Source: Candidatus Giovannonibacteria bacterium RIFCSPHIGHO2_01_FULL_45_24 (GTDB taxonomy: Bacteria > Patescibacteriota > Minisyncoccia > UBA11713 > 2-01-FULL-45-33). From it: DNA of 64,000 bases. The notes below the pieces were generated by a model, which worked only from the letters and a program-made list of their open reading frames with translations, ran no database searches and was not told where the DNA came from. The translations under genes and the position numbers were made by a program. The DNA is taken from NCBI GenBank assembly GCA_001778495.1, contig MFHE01000007.1, positions 3,996 to 67,995 of the forward strand, written 5' to 3'. Positions 9,712 through 19,467 of the stretch are shown here, piece after piece (positions within the stretch are counted from its first letter, which is position 1; every line of letters starts with the position of its first letter).

Positions 9712-11039
9712 TTTAGCATATTTAAAGCCGATGCGACGCGGGCGATGCTTTTGTCTTTGCCTAGAATCTCCATAATCTCAAACGGGCTCGGGGAGGCCTT
9801 TTTGCCGGTTAGGGCGACCCGGAGGGGCCAAAGAAGCTCTCCCCTATCCTTCAAATCTTCGGCTTTATCCAAAAATATTTTTTCCAGATTTTCTTTTGTG
9901 AAATCTTGAGCGCCAAGAGATTCTAAAATATTTTTTGAAATCTCTAAAGATTTTTTAATTTCAGCATCCGACATATTTTTCCACTTTAAGAGCGCGGTGT
10001 TGTATTCCGGTTCTTTGAAAAAATAGTTGGTTTTTTCCGGAAACTCCGAGAGTTTTTTGAGGCGGAATTGTTCTAAAGCGATGATTTTCTCCAAATATTC
10101 GGGCTTGGAAGCCGGACTTCCAAGTGGAAGACCGGCTTCCATAATGCGCTCTAAAAGCTCCCGAGGCGATTTTTTGCGGATGTATTCTCCATTCATCCAA
10201 TCAAGCTTCGCCGTGTCAAAAATCGCCCCGGCTTTCTGAACACGTTCAAGCTTAAATTCTTTTATTAATTCTTCTTTAGAAAAAATCTCTTTCTCTAGGA
10301 GCTTGCCCAGCACCGAGCTTTGCTCCGGTGCTGGATGCCATCCCAAAAGCGCCGCGAAATTCAAAATAGCTTCTTTGAGGTATCCGTCGTCTAAAAAATC
10401 TTTAACAGCCATCTCCCCTTCTCTCTTTGAAAGTTTCGCCCTGTTTTTATCCAAAATCAGCGGCAGGTGGGCATATTGGGGAAGCTCCCAGCTGAATGCC
10501 TTGTGTAGCGCGATATATTTCGGCATTGAAGAGATGAATTCGTCGCCCCTTATGACATGCGTGATTGCCATATCGTGGTCGTCAACCAAATGGGCTAAAT
10601 TATAAGTCGGGAAACCGTCCGATTTTAAAATCACAAAATCCTCCTGTGTTTTATTTTCTATCCGGATTTCGCCGTGAATGATGTCGGTAAAGCTAGTAAT
10701 GCCGTCTTTCAGCATTTTAAATCTGACGGCATCGCCATCTTCATAGGCAACCCCCTTCGCAAGCAGTTCTTTTGCGCATTCTTTGTATCTTTCTAAGTGT
10801 TCTGATTGCCTGACTGGCCCCTCGTCAAAATCAAGTCCGAATATCCGCAATGTTTCAATAATATTCTCCTCTGCTCCCTCCACAATTCTGGTGCGGTCTG
10901 TGTCTTCTACACGCAAAATAAACTGGCCTCCGTTTTGCCTGGCAAAAAGGTAGTTATACAAAGCGGTACGAAGCCCGCCGACATGCAAAAACCCTGTGGG
11001 ACTTGGGGCAAACCTTGTTCTTACATGTATATTTGACAT
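9702..11039 (-). CDS. gltX: Glutamate--tRNA ligase
   Basis: RFAPSPTGFLHVGG, RVEDTD, ITHVIRG, KLSKR, LWPLRVALTG. Confidence 0.98.
   Translation of the reverse strand: MSNIHVRTRFAPSPTGFLHVGGLRTALYNYLFARQNGGQFILRVEDTDRTRIVEGAEENIIETLRIFGLDFDEGPVRQSEHLERYKECAKELLAKGVAYEDGDAVRFKMLKDGITSFTDIIHGEIRIENKTQEDFVILKSDGFPTYNLAHLVDDHDMAITHVIRGDEFISSMPKYIALHKAFSWELPQYAHLPLILDKNRAKLSKREGEMAVKDFLDDGYLKEAILNFAALLGWHPAPEQSSVLGKLLEKEIFSKEELIKEFKLERVQKAGAIFDTAKLDWMNGEYIRKKSPRELLERIMEAGLPLGSPASKPEYLEKIIALEQFRLKKLSEFPEKTNYFFKEPEYNTALLKWKNMSDAEIKKSLEISKNILESLGAQDFTKENLEKIFLDKAEDLKDRGELLWPLRVALTGKKASPSPFEIMEILGKDKSIARVASALNMLKPH
10106..10141. repeat. 36-bp palindrome inside gltX, same family as the one in mnmA
   Basis: TGGAAGCCGGACTTCCA-AG-TGGAAGACCGGCTTCCA. 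Confidence 0.85.
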
Positions 11040-11118
11040 CGCAATGGTAAAAGATGGTTTTTAATGATTGCTTTCGGCCTTGTGCTTATTATAATAATGT
11101 TCTTTGCCAAAAATCATA

Positions 11119-11152
11119 GTGTATATTTTGACCGATCGGTTTTTTTGTATAC
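11119..11152. promoter_or_regulatory. CGATCG-centred palindrome overlapping the putative promoter of the PaaX-like gene
   Basis: GTGTATATTTTGAC-CGATCG-GTTTTTTTGTATAC; contains TTGACC and overlaps TACTAT. Confidence 0.55.
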
Positions 11153-11163
11153 TATAGATTTAT

Positions 11164-11814
11164 ATGCCAAAACATCGGCCTATTTACTTCAAAGACCCTA
11201 ATGTAACTGACCAATATAAAGCGCGGATCAAAGGGTTTATGGATAAACACCCGACAGCAACTTCCGTATCTAAAGCGGTTTTAGCCATTGCTTTGCTTGG
11301 CGGCGTCATTACCGTCGCTTTTGTTGCCCCAGGGCTAGTAAAAATCTTAGGAAAGAACGCCACTGCACACCGGAGGGAGCAGAAAGACCGCTACCGGAAA
11401 TTATGGGAACGTTTTTATACACTTAAAAAACGCGGTATATTTGAACTTAAAAAAGAAAACAGCGATGGGTCTTTAATATATCAGTTTACTGAAAAAGGAC
11501 GTTTGGTTAGTAAAAAATTTTTATTGGAAACATTAGAAATAGAAAATCCGCAAAAGTGGGACGGCAAATGGCGGGTGGTATCATTTGATATTCCGGAAAA
11601 ATATAAATTAGCCCGGCGCGCTTTCCAGCAAAAATTGCGAGAACTTAACTTTTTCCCTCTTCAAAAAAGCGTATGGGTTCATCCTTTCCCGTGCGAAAGC
11701 GAAATTAAATTTTTGTGCAATCTGCTTCAAATAGATCCGTTCGTTGAGATTTTTGTCAGTGAAGAAATTACAAATGGCAAATTGATTTATTATTTTCAGA
11801 ACCTTATCGCTTAA
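11164..11814 (+). CDS. PaaX-like winged-helix protein with Cas2-like ferredoxin domain
   Basis: YQFTEKG wing; WDGKWRVVSFDIPE; LQKSVWVHPFPC. Confidence 0.8.
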   Translation: MPKHRPIYFKDPNVTDQYKARIKGFMDKHPTATSVSKAVLAIALLGGVITVAFVAPGLVKILGKNATAHRREQKDRYRKLWERFYTLKKRGIFELKKENSDGSLIYQFTEKGRLVSKKFLLETLEIENPQKWDGKWRVVSFDIPEKYKLARRAFQQKLRELNFFPLQKSVWVHPFPCESEIKFLCNLLQIDPFVEIFVSEEITNGKLIYYFQNLIA

Positions 11815-11839
11815 TAGTTTAATATTTCATACTTTGCTG

Positions 11840-12961
11840 CTATTCATGAATTCCTAATTTAATTATTTCTTTTGCGATTTTATCGGCAGCGTCCAAACGA
11901 GCGAAGGCCTGCGCGGCGAGTTTCATTTTTTGAGTTTTCTCTGGGGCCGCCAAAATTTTGTCTATTTCCGAAAGAAGCAGGTGCGGAGCAAGGTTTGTTT
12001 CCTCTAGCACTTCCGCTCCGCCGAACCTTGCGTAAATGTAGGCGTTTTCCCGCTGGTGGTCCTGCGCCGCCGAAGGCAGGGGAATTAAAATCGCTGGGGC
12101 TCCCCAAGCAGCTATCTCAAAAATCATGGAAGAAGCCCTTGAAACGATGAGGTTTGCGGCCCGGGAAGCGTTTCTGAGCTCCCCTTCCCCCAAAAAGCCG
12201 TAAGGATGGTATCTGCTCTTGTATTCGCTTTTTGCCAGAATGACGCGCGCGCGCCCCGAAACGTCTCCAAAATTATTTTTGCCGGTCTGGTGTATGATTT
12301 GATATTTTTTAACTGCCTCCGGGAGCATCGCGAGCGCGGTTTCGTTTATTTTCTCCGAACCCTGCGACGAGCCCAAAACCAAAATCGTAGGAACTCCTTC
12401 TTCCAATTTAAAATATTCAACCGCCTCCGCCAGATTCCCGCCGATTATCTGCTGGCGGACGGGGTTGCCAGTCACGGCCGCGTTTTTGCCGGGGAAATAT
12501 TTCGCCGCCTCGGCGAATGAAAGCGCTATCCTTTGTGCCCACCCGCCAGCCCAGCGGCTCACAAGCCCCGGAATGGCGTCGGAGTCGTGGATTATGACCG
12601 GTATTTTTAAAACGCGCGCGGCGAGCAAAGTCGGGAAGCTGGCGTACCCGCCTTTTGAAAAAATTACGTCCGGCATCAAAAAATACACCCTCCAAATAGC
12701 CCAAGGTGCGCCGAAAACGGTCTTTAGGGTATCCGGCAAATATCTTAGGGAAAAATATCTCCTCATTTTGCCCGCCGGGATTTTTATGAATTTTATGCCC
12801 TCGGCCAGCAAAAGTTCTTTGTCCGCAGGCTCATCGGACATAAAAAATAAATCCAGCCGCGCTATGTTCTCGGATTCGGCAATCTTTTTAAGGGATCTGG
12901 CGACAGCAATCAATGGGTAGAAATGCCCGCCGGTTCCGCCGCCAGTAAGAACTACTTTCAT
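11840..12961 (-). CDS. murG: UDP-GlcNAc:lipid I GlcNAc transferase
   Basis: GGGTGGHFYP, KGGYAS, TGNPVR, GSSQGS, HQ.ENA. Confidence 0.96.
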   Translation of the reverse strand: MKVVLTGGGTGGHFYPLIAVARSLKKIAESENIARLDLFFMSDEPADKELLLAEGIKFIKIPAGKMRRYFSLRYLPDTLKTVFGAPWAIWRVYFLMPDVIFSKGGYASFPTLLAARVLKIPVIIHDSDAIPGLVSRWAGGWAQRIALSFAEAAKYFPGKNAAVTGNPVRQQIIGGNLAEAVEYFKLEEGVPTILVLGSSQGSEKINETALAMLPEAVKKYQIIHQTGKNNFGDVSGRARVILAKSEYKSRYHPYGFLGEGELRNASRAANLIVSRASSMIFEIAAWGAPAILIPLPSAAQDHQRENAYIYARFGGAEVLEETNLAPHLLLSEIDKILAAPEKTQKMKLAAQAFARLDAADKIAKEIIKLGIHE

Positions 12962-14055
12962 ATTTTTCTTTTGGAAACGTTAAGAATAATGCCGACTTCG
13001 GCCAAAGTAAGCGCCAAAGACGAACCGCCGTAGCTTACAAAAGCAAGCGGTATCCCCGTAAGCGGCAGGAGCCCGATTATGGCGGATATGTTTATTAAAA
13101 CCTGAAACATAATTAAAAATAAAATTCCGGCGCACAAGAGCTTCCCAAAAAGATCCGGCGCGCGGTTTGCCACCCACATGCCCCTCAAAAAAAATAAAAG
13201 AAACGCCCCAAGAAGCAAAATCGCGCCCAAAAACCCTAGCTCTTCTGCGAAAACCGCGAAAATAGAATCCCCTATCGGCTCGGGCAAATAGCTGAACTTC
13301 TGGCGAGAAAGCCCGAGCCCTCTGCCGAAAAGCCCGCCAGACCCCACGGCGATAAGCGCCTGGTTTATCTGGTAACCGCTCCCCTGTGGATCGCTCTGGC
13401 GGTTTAAAAACACTTTCAAACGTTCTTTTCGGTAAGGCTCAACGGCTATAAGTACACTTATAATAACCAGTCCGATGGCGGAAAGCAAAGCTATTTGTTT
13501 AAAGCTTCCTCCGCTTATGAAGAAGAGCGCCAAAACCGAAATCATCAAAACCACCAAAGTTCCGATGTCCGGCTGCATGACTAAAAAAGAAGCGATGAAA
13601 GCGCTCATGATGGCAAACGGCAAAAGGCCGAATTTAAAAGAGCCGATGGATTTTGATTTGGATTCAATCCAGGCGGCGAGATACGCAATGTAAGCAAGCT
13701 TTAAAAACTCAGCTGGCTGGAAAGACACGCTTCCAAATGCCAGCCAGCGCCTCGCGCCGCCATGGAGAAGCCCGATGCCGGGGATTAAAACCAAAGACAT
13801 CAGAAAAATCGCCAAAAGCAGCAGGGGCAGCGCGAATTTTTTCCATTTTTCGTAAGGGATTTTATAGGTTGCGTAAAGCAACGCGAGCCCCGGCAAAACG
13901 CCGTAGAGAACCTGATGCAGAAAATAATAATACGGCGAGCCGAATTTGGACATTGAAAACCCGATTGACGCAGATGCCAAAATAAAAAGCCCGAAAAGCG
14001 TAAGAAAAATGGAAAGGAAGAAAAATATTTTGTCGTATGAGCCGGCCCTCCTCAT
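12958..14055 (-). CDS. ftsW: SEDS peptidoglycan polymerase
   Basis: GARRWL, QPAEFLK, QPDIGT, GYQI.Q, D.IFAV..EELG, SYGGSS; adjacent to murG. Confidence 0.93.
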   Translation of the reverse strand: MRRAGSYDKIFFFLSIFLTLFGLFILASASIGFSMSKFGSPYYYFLHQVLYGVLPGLALLYATYKIPYEKWKKFALPLLLLAIFLMSLVLIPGIGLLHGGARRWLAFGSVSFQPAEFLKLAYIAYLAAWIESKSKSIGSFKFGLLPFAIMSAFIASFLVMQPDIGTLVVLMISVLALFFISGGSFKQIALLSAIGLVIISVLIAVEPYRKERLKVFLNRQSDPQGSGYQINQALIAVGSGGLFGRGLGLSRQKFSYLPEPIGDSIFAVFAEELGFLGAILLLGAFLLFFLRGMWVANRAPDLFGKLLCAGILFLIMFQVLINISAIIGLLPLTGIPLAFVSYGGSSLALTLAEVGIILNVSKRKI

Positions 14056-14056
14056 T

Positions 14057-15601
14057 TCATTTTTTTCTTAGAACCACTCCGTGCCTTTCCGGCAAAACCG
14101 CCCCCTCCTCAATAGCAAGCTTGCCCGAAATCAAGAGAAAACGGAGTCCGGATGCGTATCTGTAAGGGTTTTTATAAGTCGCGCTGTCTTTAAATTCCTC
14201 GGGATGGAAAATGGCGACGTCGGCAATATATTTCGGTTTCAAAAAGCCGCGATCGGAAAAACCTGCGGCCTTCGCCGGCAAAGAAGTTATTTTAGCGACG
14301 GCGTCGCCCAAAGGAATTTTCGCCCTGGCAGATATTAAATTAAAGAATCTCGGGAAAGCGCCGAAAGACCGCGGGTGCGCCAAGTTCCCGAAACGGCTCT
14401 CTGCAACATCATATCCGGCGCCGTCGGAAGCGATTATGCTCCCGGCATATTTCGCGCCCGTAAGCAAATTTGGTTCGCTTAAGGTTTTGCCAAATACGGA
14501 AATGTTCAGGCCGTTTATCTTTAAAAGCTCAACCATAAGTATTTCCGGCTCAATGCCGGCGCGCGCCGAAAGCTTTCCCAAATCCTTGCCGACGACACTT
14601 TTGTCGTTGAGAGCGGATGCAATAAGAATTCTTTCTGGGTGCAGCGTTGCCGATTTAAGTTCGGCCAGGATTTTTGCCGATATTGCCGGGTCTCCCAGTT
14701 TTCTTAAAACGTCTTCGCTCACGCCCTCCCTTGCCCAGGCCGGCAGGAGAGAAACAAGCATTGAACCAGTGCGCAGATACGGGAAGACATCAAAGGATAT
14801 TGCCACTCCTTCATTTTGGGCGGCGTTTATTATCCCAAGCGCTCCCTCAAAGTCCGCCCAAGCTCCCCTGCCGACCGCTTTGAAATGTGAGATTACCGTG
14901 CGCGCGGCGCTTTCGCGCGCCAAGGAAACCACGGAGGACACGGACGGCAGAAAGTTTTTGCCCTCGTCGCGGATATGCACTTTGTAAAGCCCGCCTTGTT
15001 TTTTTACGGCGGCGAGCAATCCAAGAAGCTCGCCCTCCTCGTCTCCGTTCCAATCCGCGAAAGAAAAATTGCTGCTCATCCCCCAAGCGCCCTCAGAAAA
15101 GGATTTTTCTAAAAGAAACAGCCGCTCCTCTTTGGAATTCGCGTTTCTTTTCAAGGTCTCGTGGCCTACCAATGTCGCGACGTTAACCCCGACGCCCAAA
15201 CGCTCTATGTTTTCATAGTATTCCGAGAGGGAATTCCAATTTATCGGCACAGAAAATCCGGTTGTCCAGCGCTCAAGCCCCAAAAGCGATTCGCGCCTCG
15301 CCACCGGCGCCAAAGATTCTCCGCAATTTCCGACCAAAATTGTCGTTACTCCTTGCCGCAATAAGCTTTCTTGAGAAGGCACAAAAAAAAGCGTTCCGTA
15401 AACGTCGGAGTGGTTGGTAATATCCACAAAACCCGGAGTTACGTAGAGATTGGTAGCGTCAATAATCCGTTCGGCCGCCTCGCCAGAAAGATTTCCGATT
15501 TTTGCGATGCGGTCAGCCGAGACACCAATATCTGCCGAATAGGGAGCATTTCCAGAGCCGTCTATCACTGTCCCGTTTTTTATCAAAATAGAAAAAGCCA
15601 T
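14057..15601 (-). CDS. N-acyl-D-amino-acid deacylase-like amidohydrolase
   Basis: IKNGTVIDGSG, PGFVDITNHSD, GNCG, HIRDEG, SHFK, SDG, HPRSFGAFPR. Confidence 0.85.
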   Translation of the reverse strand: MAFSILIKNGTVIDGSGNAPYSADIGVSADRIAKIGNLSGEAAERIIDATNLYVTPGFVDITNHSDVYGTLFFVPSQESLLRQGVTTILVGNCGESLAPVARRESLLGLERWTTGFSVPINWNSLSEYYENIERLGVGVNVATLVGHETLKRNANSKEERLFLLEKSFSEGAWGMSSNFSFADWNGDEEGELLGLLAAVKKQGGLYKVHIRDEGKNFLPSVSSVVSLARESAARTVISHFKAVGRGAWADFEGALGIINAAQNEGVAISFDVFPYLRTGSMLVSLLPAWAREGVSEDVLRKLGDPAISAKILAELKSATLHPERILIASALNDKSVVGKDLGKLSARAGIEPEILMVELLKINGLNISVFGKTLSEPNLLTGAKYAGSIIASDGAGYDVAESRFGNLAHPRSFGAFPRFFNLISARAKIPLGDAVAKITSLPAKAAGFSDRGFLKPKYIADVAIFHPEEFKDSATYKNPYRYASGLRFLLISGKLAIEEGAVLPERHGVVLRKK

Positions 15602-15604
15602 AAT

Positions 15605-16672
15605 TTAAACTCTGCTTACAAAATGTAAAATCATGCCGAAAATCGCAAAAACAACGGAGAGAATCCAAAAGCGCATAACGACCTTTTCCGCCGGCCAGCC
15701 AATCGCTTCAAAATGATGATGTATCGGGGCGACCAAAAACACCTTGCGACCAAAAAGTTTTTTTGAGGAAAGCTGGATAATTACAGAGAGCGATTCCAAA
15801 ACCAGCGGGAAGGCGATGATTGGCAAAACAGCGACCGCGTTCGTAAGAAAAGCCACAGTTGCCAAAGTTGTGGTAAGGGCCATAATTCCCGTCTCGGACA
15901 TATAAAATCGGGCGGGCGGGATGTTGAACCACAAAAACGCCAAAATTGCGCCGGCGATAACCGCGCAAAATGCCGCGATGTTTATCTGGTCTTGAAAAAA
16001 TGCGATGCCGGCGTAAGCCGCAAAAATTGAAGCGAATACTCCGCCGGAGAGGCCGTCCAAGCCGTCAATTACCCCGCCCGAAAAAGTCGCCCACATAACC
16101 AAAATAAAAAGCGGGATAAAATAAACTCCCAGCCATAAGTCTCCAATCCCGGGAATAAAAATCGAATCCTGCCCCAATTTAAAATAAAACCAATAGGCCC
16201 CCAGAGCCGCGATAATAGTGATTAAAAGAAGTCTTCTGGTAAAAGTAAGCCCTCCTCCGCGGTAAGCGCCTTTTTGAAACACAAGGAGCAAGTCGTCCAA
16301 AAGCCCGACCATAGCCCCGGAAAATAAAATCCCCAACGGCACCCAGGTCTGCCCGCGGGAGAGAAAATTAAGCTTTAAAAAAATCGGGTCGTCGGAAATG
16401 ACCGGCAAAATCCTGAAAATCGCGGCAACAGCGAGAACCGTCGCCCAAATTAAGATGCCCCCCATCCGCGGGGCCTTTGTTTCGCGCTCCTTGTGGAGCT
16501 GGTTAAAAATCGGCGTCGGCGCGCCGTCGGGCGCGGTGGTGCGCGCGTCCTTCCGCCACATTTTGTATTTATAAAGATAATGCGTCAGAATCGGCGTCAG
16601 CGCCACACCCAAGAAAAACGCGAACCCCCCCAGCCCAAGCACTTTATAGATGTTTAAAATAGTATCCTGCAT
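15605..16672 (-). CDS. mraY: Phospho-MurNAc-pentapeptide transferase
   Basis: PRMGGILI, GLLDD, DGLDGL, FNIPPARFYM, APIHHHFE. Confidence 0.95.
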   Translation of the reverse strand: MQDTILNIYKVLGLGGFAFFLGVALTPILTHYLYKYKMWRKDARTTAPDGAPTPIFNQLHKERETKAPRMGGILIWATVLAVAAIFRILPVISDDPIFLKLNFLSRGQTWVPLGILFSGAMVGLLDDLLLVFQKGAYRGGGLTFTRRLLLITIIAALGAYWFYFKLGQDSIFIPGIGDLWLGVYFIPLFILVMWATFSGGVIDGLDGLSGGVFASIFAAYAGIAFFQDQINIAAFCAVIAGAILAFLWFNIPPARFYMSETGIMALTTTLATVAFLTNAVAVLPIIAFPLVLESLSVIIQLSSKKLFGRKVFLVAPIHHHFEAIGWPAEKVVMRFWILSVVFAIFGMILHFVSRV

Positions 16673-16763
16673 TTGGCTTTATTTTAACATTTTTTAGAAT
16701 AAAAAATAGCCGGTTTCCGCGAAAACTCTTTTTTGAGTCTCCGCAAGAAACAGGCTCTTAAAA

Positions 16764-17162
16764 CTACTTTACCCGTTCGCAGCGTATATAAAGAGCCGCT
16801 ACTTCCGCGTACTTAGGCGACGGGGGGTAATACTTCACCACCTCATCAGCGCGCCGTGAAAGCAAATCCAACGGATATTCAATCATGCTTTCATTACAAC
16901 TCCCCCAAGCAAGAAGTGTGGATTCTTCTTTAACGCCGCGCAAAACAGCCGCAACTTCACCGTTTCTCATCTTAATCAAATCTCCCCTCTCCGCCGCACG
17001 GAGCTGCGAGGTCACATCAGCCTGCCGATTGGCTTCGGCAAACCGGGCCGAAAACTGTTCAGCGGTCAACGAAACTTTCGTTGGCCTTTGGCTAATATAA
17101 ACACCCACCAGTACCGCTATCGTGAATAAAACCGCGAAACCTGCCATTAATTTTTCAGACAT
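16764..17162 (-). CDS. Hypothetical protein with N-terminal TM (orphan cassette)
   Basis: GGAGG SD, TTGACT-N17-TATAAT promoter and downstream hairpin + T6. Confidence 0.7.
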   Translation of the reverse strand: MSEKLMAGFAVLFTIAVLVGVYISQRPTKVSLTAEQFSARFAEANRQADVTSQLRAAERGDLIKMRNGEVAAVLRGVKEESTLLAWGSCNESMIEYPLDLLSRRADEVVKYYPPSPKYAEVAALYIRCERVK

Positions 17163-17278
17163 GAAATTACCCTCCCTTTCCTGATTTTTCTATTTGCAAT
17201 TATACTCCTATTTTAATTAAAAGTCAAGTATGCAAAAACCCTTATTTTATAAGGGGTTTTTATTACTTGTATTCTATG

Positions 17279-17312
17279 GTGTGCAATATAACCGATCGGT
17301 TGATTTGCATAC
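17279..17312. promoter_or_regulatory. CGATCG-centred palindrome related to the site at 11119
   Basis: GTGTGCAA-TAT-AACCGATCGGTT-GAT-TTGCATAC. Confidence 0.6.
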
Positions 17313-17340
17313 AATAAATTTGTATGTTCTAAATCTATTT

Positions 17341-18195
17341 TTATAATTTTATCCACTCCAAAATCCTTTTGGCGTCTGAAAAACGGCCCTGCTCCGAAGA
17401 GCCCAAAACGACGATGCCGAGGGGGCGGCCGATTGGATATTCAACGATAACCAGCAAATTGCCGCCGGCTAAATCCGTGTATCCGGTTTTGGCGCCGATG
17501 AGCGGCGTGAGCTCCGGCGCGAGAGCGTTTGTCGGCTTGAGCGCGTGCCGTATCCCCTCGCGCGAAATTATTTCCCTTGTTTCCCCGAACTGCCACAAAG
17601 GCGAGCCGAGCGATGCTTCGGCAATTTTCATAACGTCTTCCGCCGAGCCGTAGCCGCCGGCCGTATCCGTTGAAATATCAAGGCCGGAGATATTGTAAAA
17701 ATTCATTGAAAGCGCGCCAAAGGACTCCGCTTTTTGCCTCATTAAATCCAAAAACCAATCCCGATTCTTGTTCTCTTTTTGAATAGTGTGCTCAACAAGA
17801 GCAGAAATTGCGTCATTTGAAGATTCAACTATCACCATCGCCAAAAGATCGCCGATTTTAAAATGCTCTCTCACCCTTAAAGAGCTTGGCTCCGGGGCTT
17901 CTATCGCGTCTCTTGAGACAGCAACCTCTTCATCGGCCATGTTTTCATCCAAAATCACCAAAGCGCTTATGATTTTTGCGATGCTTGCCAGTGGCAATGG
18001 CTCCTTTTCATTTTTTTTTAATAAAATCTCGTGGCTCACCAAATCTTTAGCTAAAGCCGACCTCGCCTCAATCTCCGGAGCGGGAGATTGCGGAGCCGCG
18101 GACGGCCGCGCGGCCCTTTTCTCAACTTTTATAAAAGAGGAGATTAAAAGAAACAAAATGGCAAAGATAAAAATTGCCGGTTTCTTCATTTTCAT
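17341..18195 (-). CDS. D-alanyl-D-alanine carboxypeptidase (S11)
   Basis: SxxK (ASIAK), SSN, KTG motifs; N-terminal TM. Confidence 0.9.
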   Translation of the reverse strand: MKMKKPAIFIFAILFLLISSFIKVEKRAARPSAAPQSPAPEIEARSALAKDLVSHEILLKKNEKEPLPLASIAKIISALVILDENMADEEVAVSRDAIEAPEPSSLRVREHFKIGDLLAMVIVESSNDAISALVEHTIQKENKNRDWFLDLMRQKAESFGALSMNFYNISGLDISTDTAGGYGSAEDVMKIAEASLGSPLWQFGETREIISREGIRHALKPTNALAPELTPLIGAKTGYTDLAGGNLLVIVEYPIGRPLGIVVLGSSEQGRFSDAKRILEWIKL

Positions 18196-18737
18196 TGCGT
18201 TTCGGAAGCGGTCTTAAGAAATTCTTCAAGCTTTTGGGCGAAGTTTCCGTACTCCGGCAGTTCGGAAATTGAAGCAACGCCCAAAAATTTAAGAAAGTCG
18301 GCCGAAACCATGTATAAAAAGGCGCGGGAATCTTTTTGGTCGCGCACGCGCTCAATCAGCCCGCGCATCAGCAAATTACGAATTATAAAAGAGGAGTTCA
18401 CACCGCGTATATAATCTATGTCAAAACGTTTCAGCGGCCCTTTGTAGGATATGATTGTAAGCGTCTCCAGCGCGGCGCGCGTAAGCTCGCCGTCAAATTC
18501 TTCTTTAGCGAAATCTTCCACAAGTTTTGAAACTTCTTTGGAACTTACCAAAGAAGCCCTGTCCTGGTCTTTTAAAAGCGCGAGCGCGTGCTCCCCTGCC
18601 AGATGTTTTTCCAGCTCATCCAAAGATTCTCTTATCTCCTTTTCGCTTTTTTTAAGAAGCGAGGCAAGACGCGAAATCGCCATCCCCTCGCCGGAAACAA
18701 ACAGCAGCGCTTCTATTTTCTTAGCCAATTCATTCAT
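18192..18737 (-). CDS. scpB: SMC-Scp complex subunit ScpB
   Basis: IEALLFVSG, LETLTIISY.GP, IDYIRGVNS, FL..LG......LP. Confidence 0.93.
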   Translation of the reverse strand: MNELAKKIEALLFVSGEGMAISRLASLLKKSEKEIRESLDELEKHLAGEHALALLKDQDRASLVSSKEVSKLVEDFAKEEFDGELTRAALETLTIISYKGPLKRFDIDYIRGVNSSFIIRNLLMRGLIERVRDQKDSRAFLYMVSADFLKFLGVASISELPEYGNFAQKLEEFLKTASETQ

Positions 18738-19467
18738 TGTTATTTTTCTTAAGCTCAATGTTGCCAAATAATTTTTTTTGCTCAAATATCATAAACCCCT
18801 GCCTTATAAGTTCAAGAGTGGCGAGGAAACTCACTATTACTTCTACTTTACTTTGTTTCTCGTCTCCGCCGGAGGCGCTGGTTCTGGCCAGGCCTATGGC
18901 GGAAAAAGTAAATTCCATGAATTTGTTGATGCGCTCGCGAAGCTCCGCCATTTTTTCTTCCATTGAAACGGTTTTTGCCAAGGCCTCCTCCGGCAGGAAC
19001 TCTTTTTGCGGAACGGCCCCCAAAATCTCAACCAGAGTTTTTTTAAGGACTGCCGGAGTCAGCCCTTCCGGCGGAAAAAACACTGCTGACATTCCGGCGT
19101 AGGCCTCTCTTCCGAAAAGATGCAGATTCTCCTTATTTAAATCTTTAATATGCAAAGAAAGTTCTTTAAAAAACTTATATGTTCTTAACCTGTTTTCCAG
19201 CTCATGGATATCCAATTCTTCCTCCTCTGAAAGTTTAATCCCGGGAATCAGCGAGTGGGATTTTATCAGCATTAAGGTTGAGGCGATTACCAAAAACTCC
19301 GCCAATTCCTCTTTCGGCATTTCTTCCAAAGACTTTAAATGCGCAATATACTGCTCCGCGATTTTTGCGAGCGAAATTTCATTTATGGAAAGCTTGTCTT
19401 CCTCAACAAGGTTCAAAAGCAAATCCAGCGGCCCCGAAAATTTTTCTAAGGTTATCTGATACGCCAT
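18730..19467 (-). CDS. scpA: Kleisin ScpA
   Basis: FSGPLDLLL.L, FLVIAS.LM.IKS..L, FLA.LEL...G....EQ..LFG.I. Confidence 0.94.
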   Translation of the reverse strand: MAYQITLEKFSGPLDLLLNLVEEDKLSINEISLAKIAEQYIAHLKSLEEMPKEELAEFLVIASTLMLIKSHSLIPGIKLSEEEELDIHELENRLRTYKFFKELSLHIKDLNKENLHLFGREAYAGMSAVFFPPEGLTPAVLKKTLVEILGAVPQKEFLPEEALAKTVSMEEKMAELRERINKFMEFTFSAIGLARTSASGGDEKQSKVEVIVSFLATLELIRQGFMIFEQKKLFGNIELKKNNNE

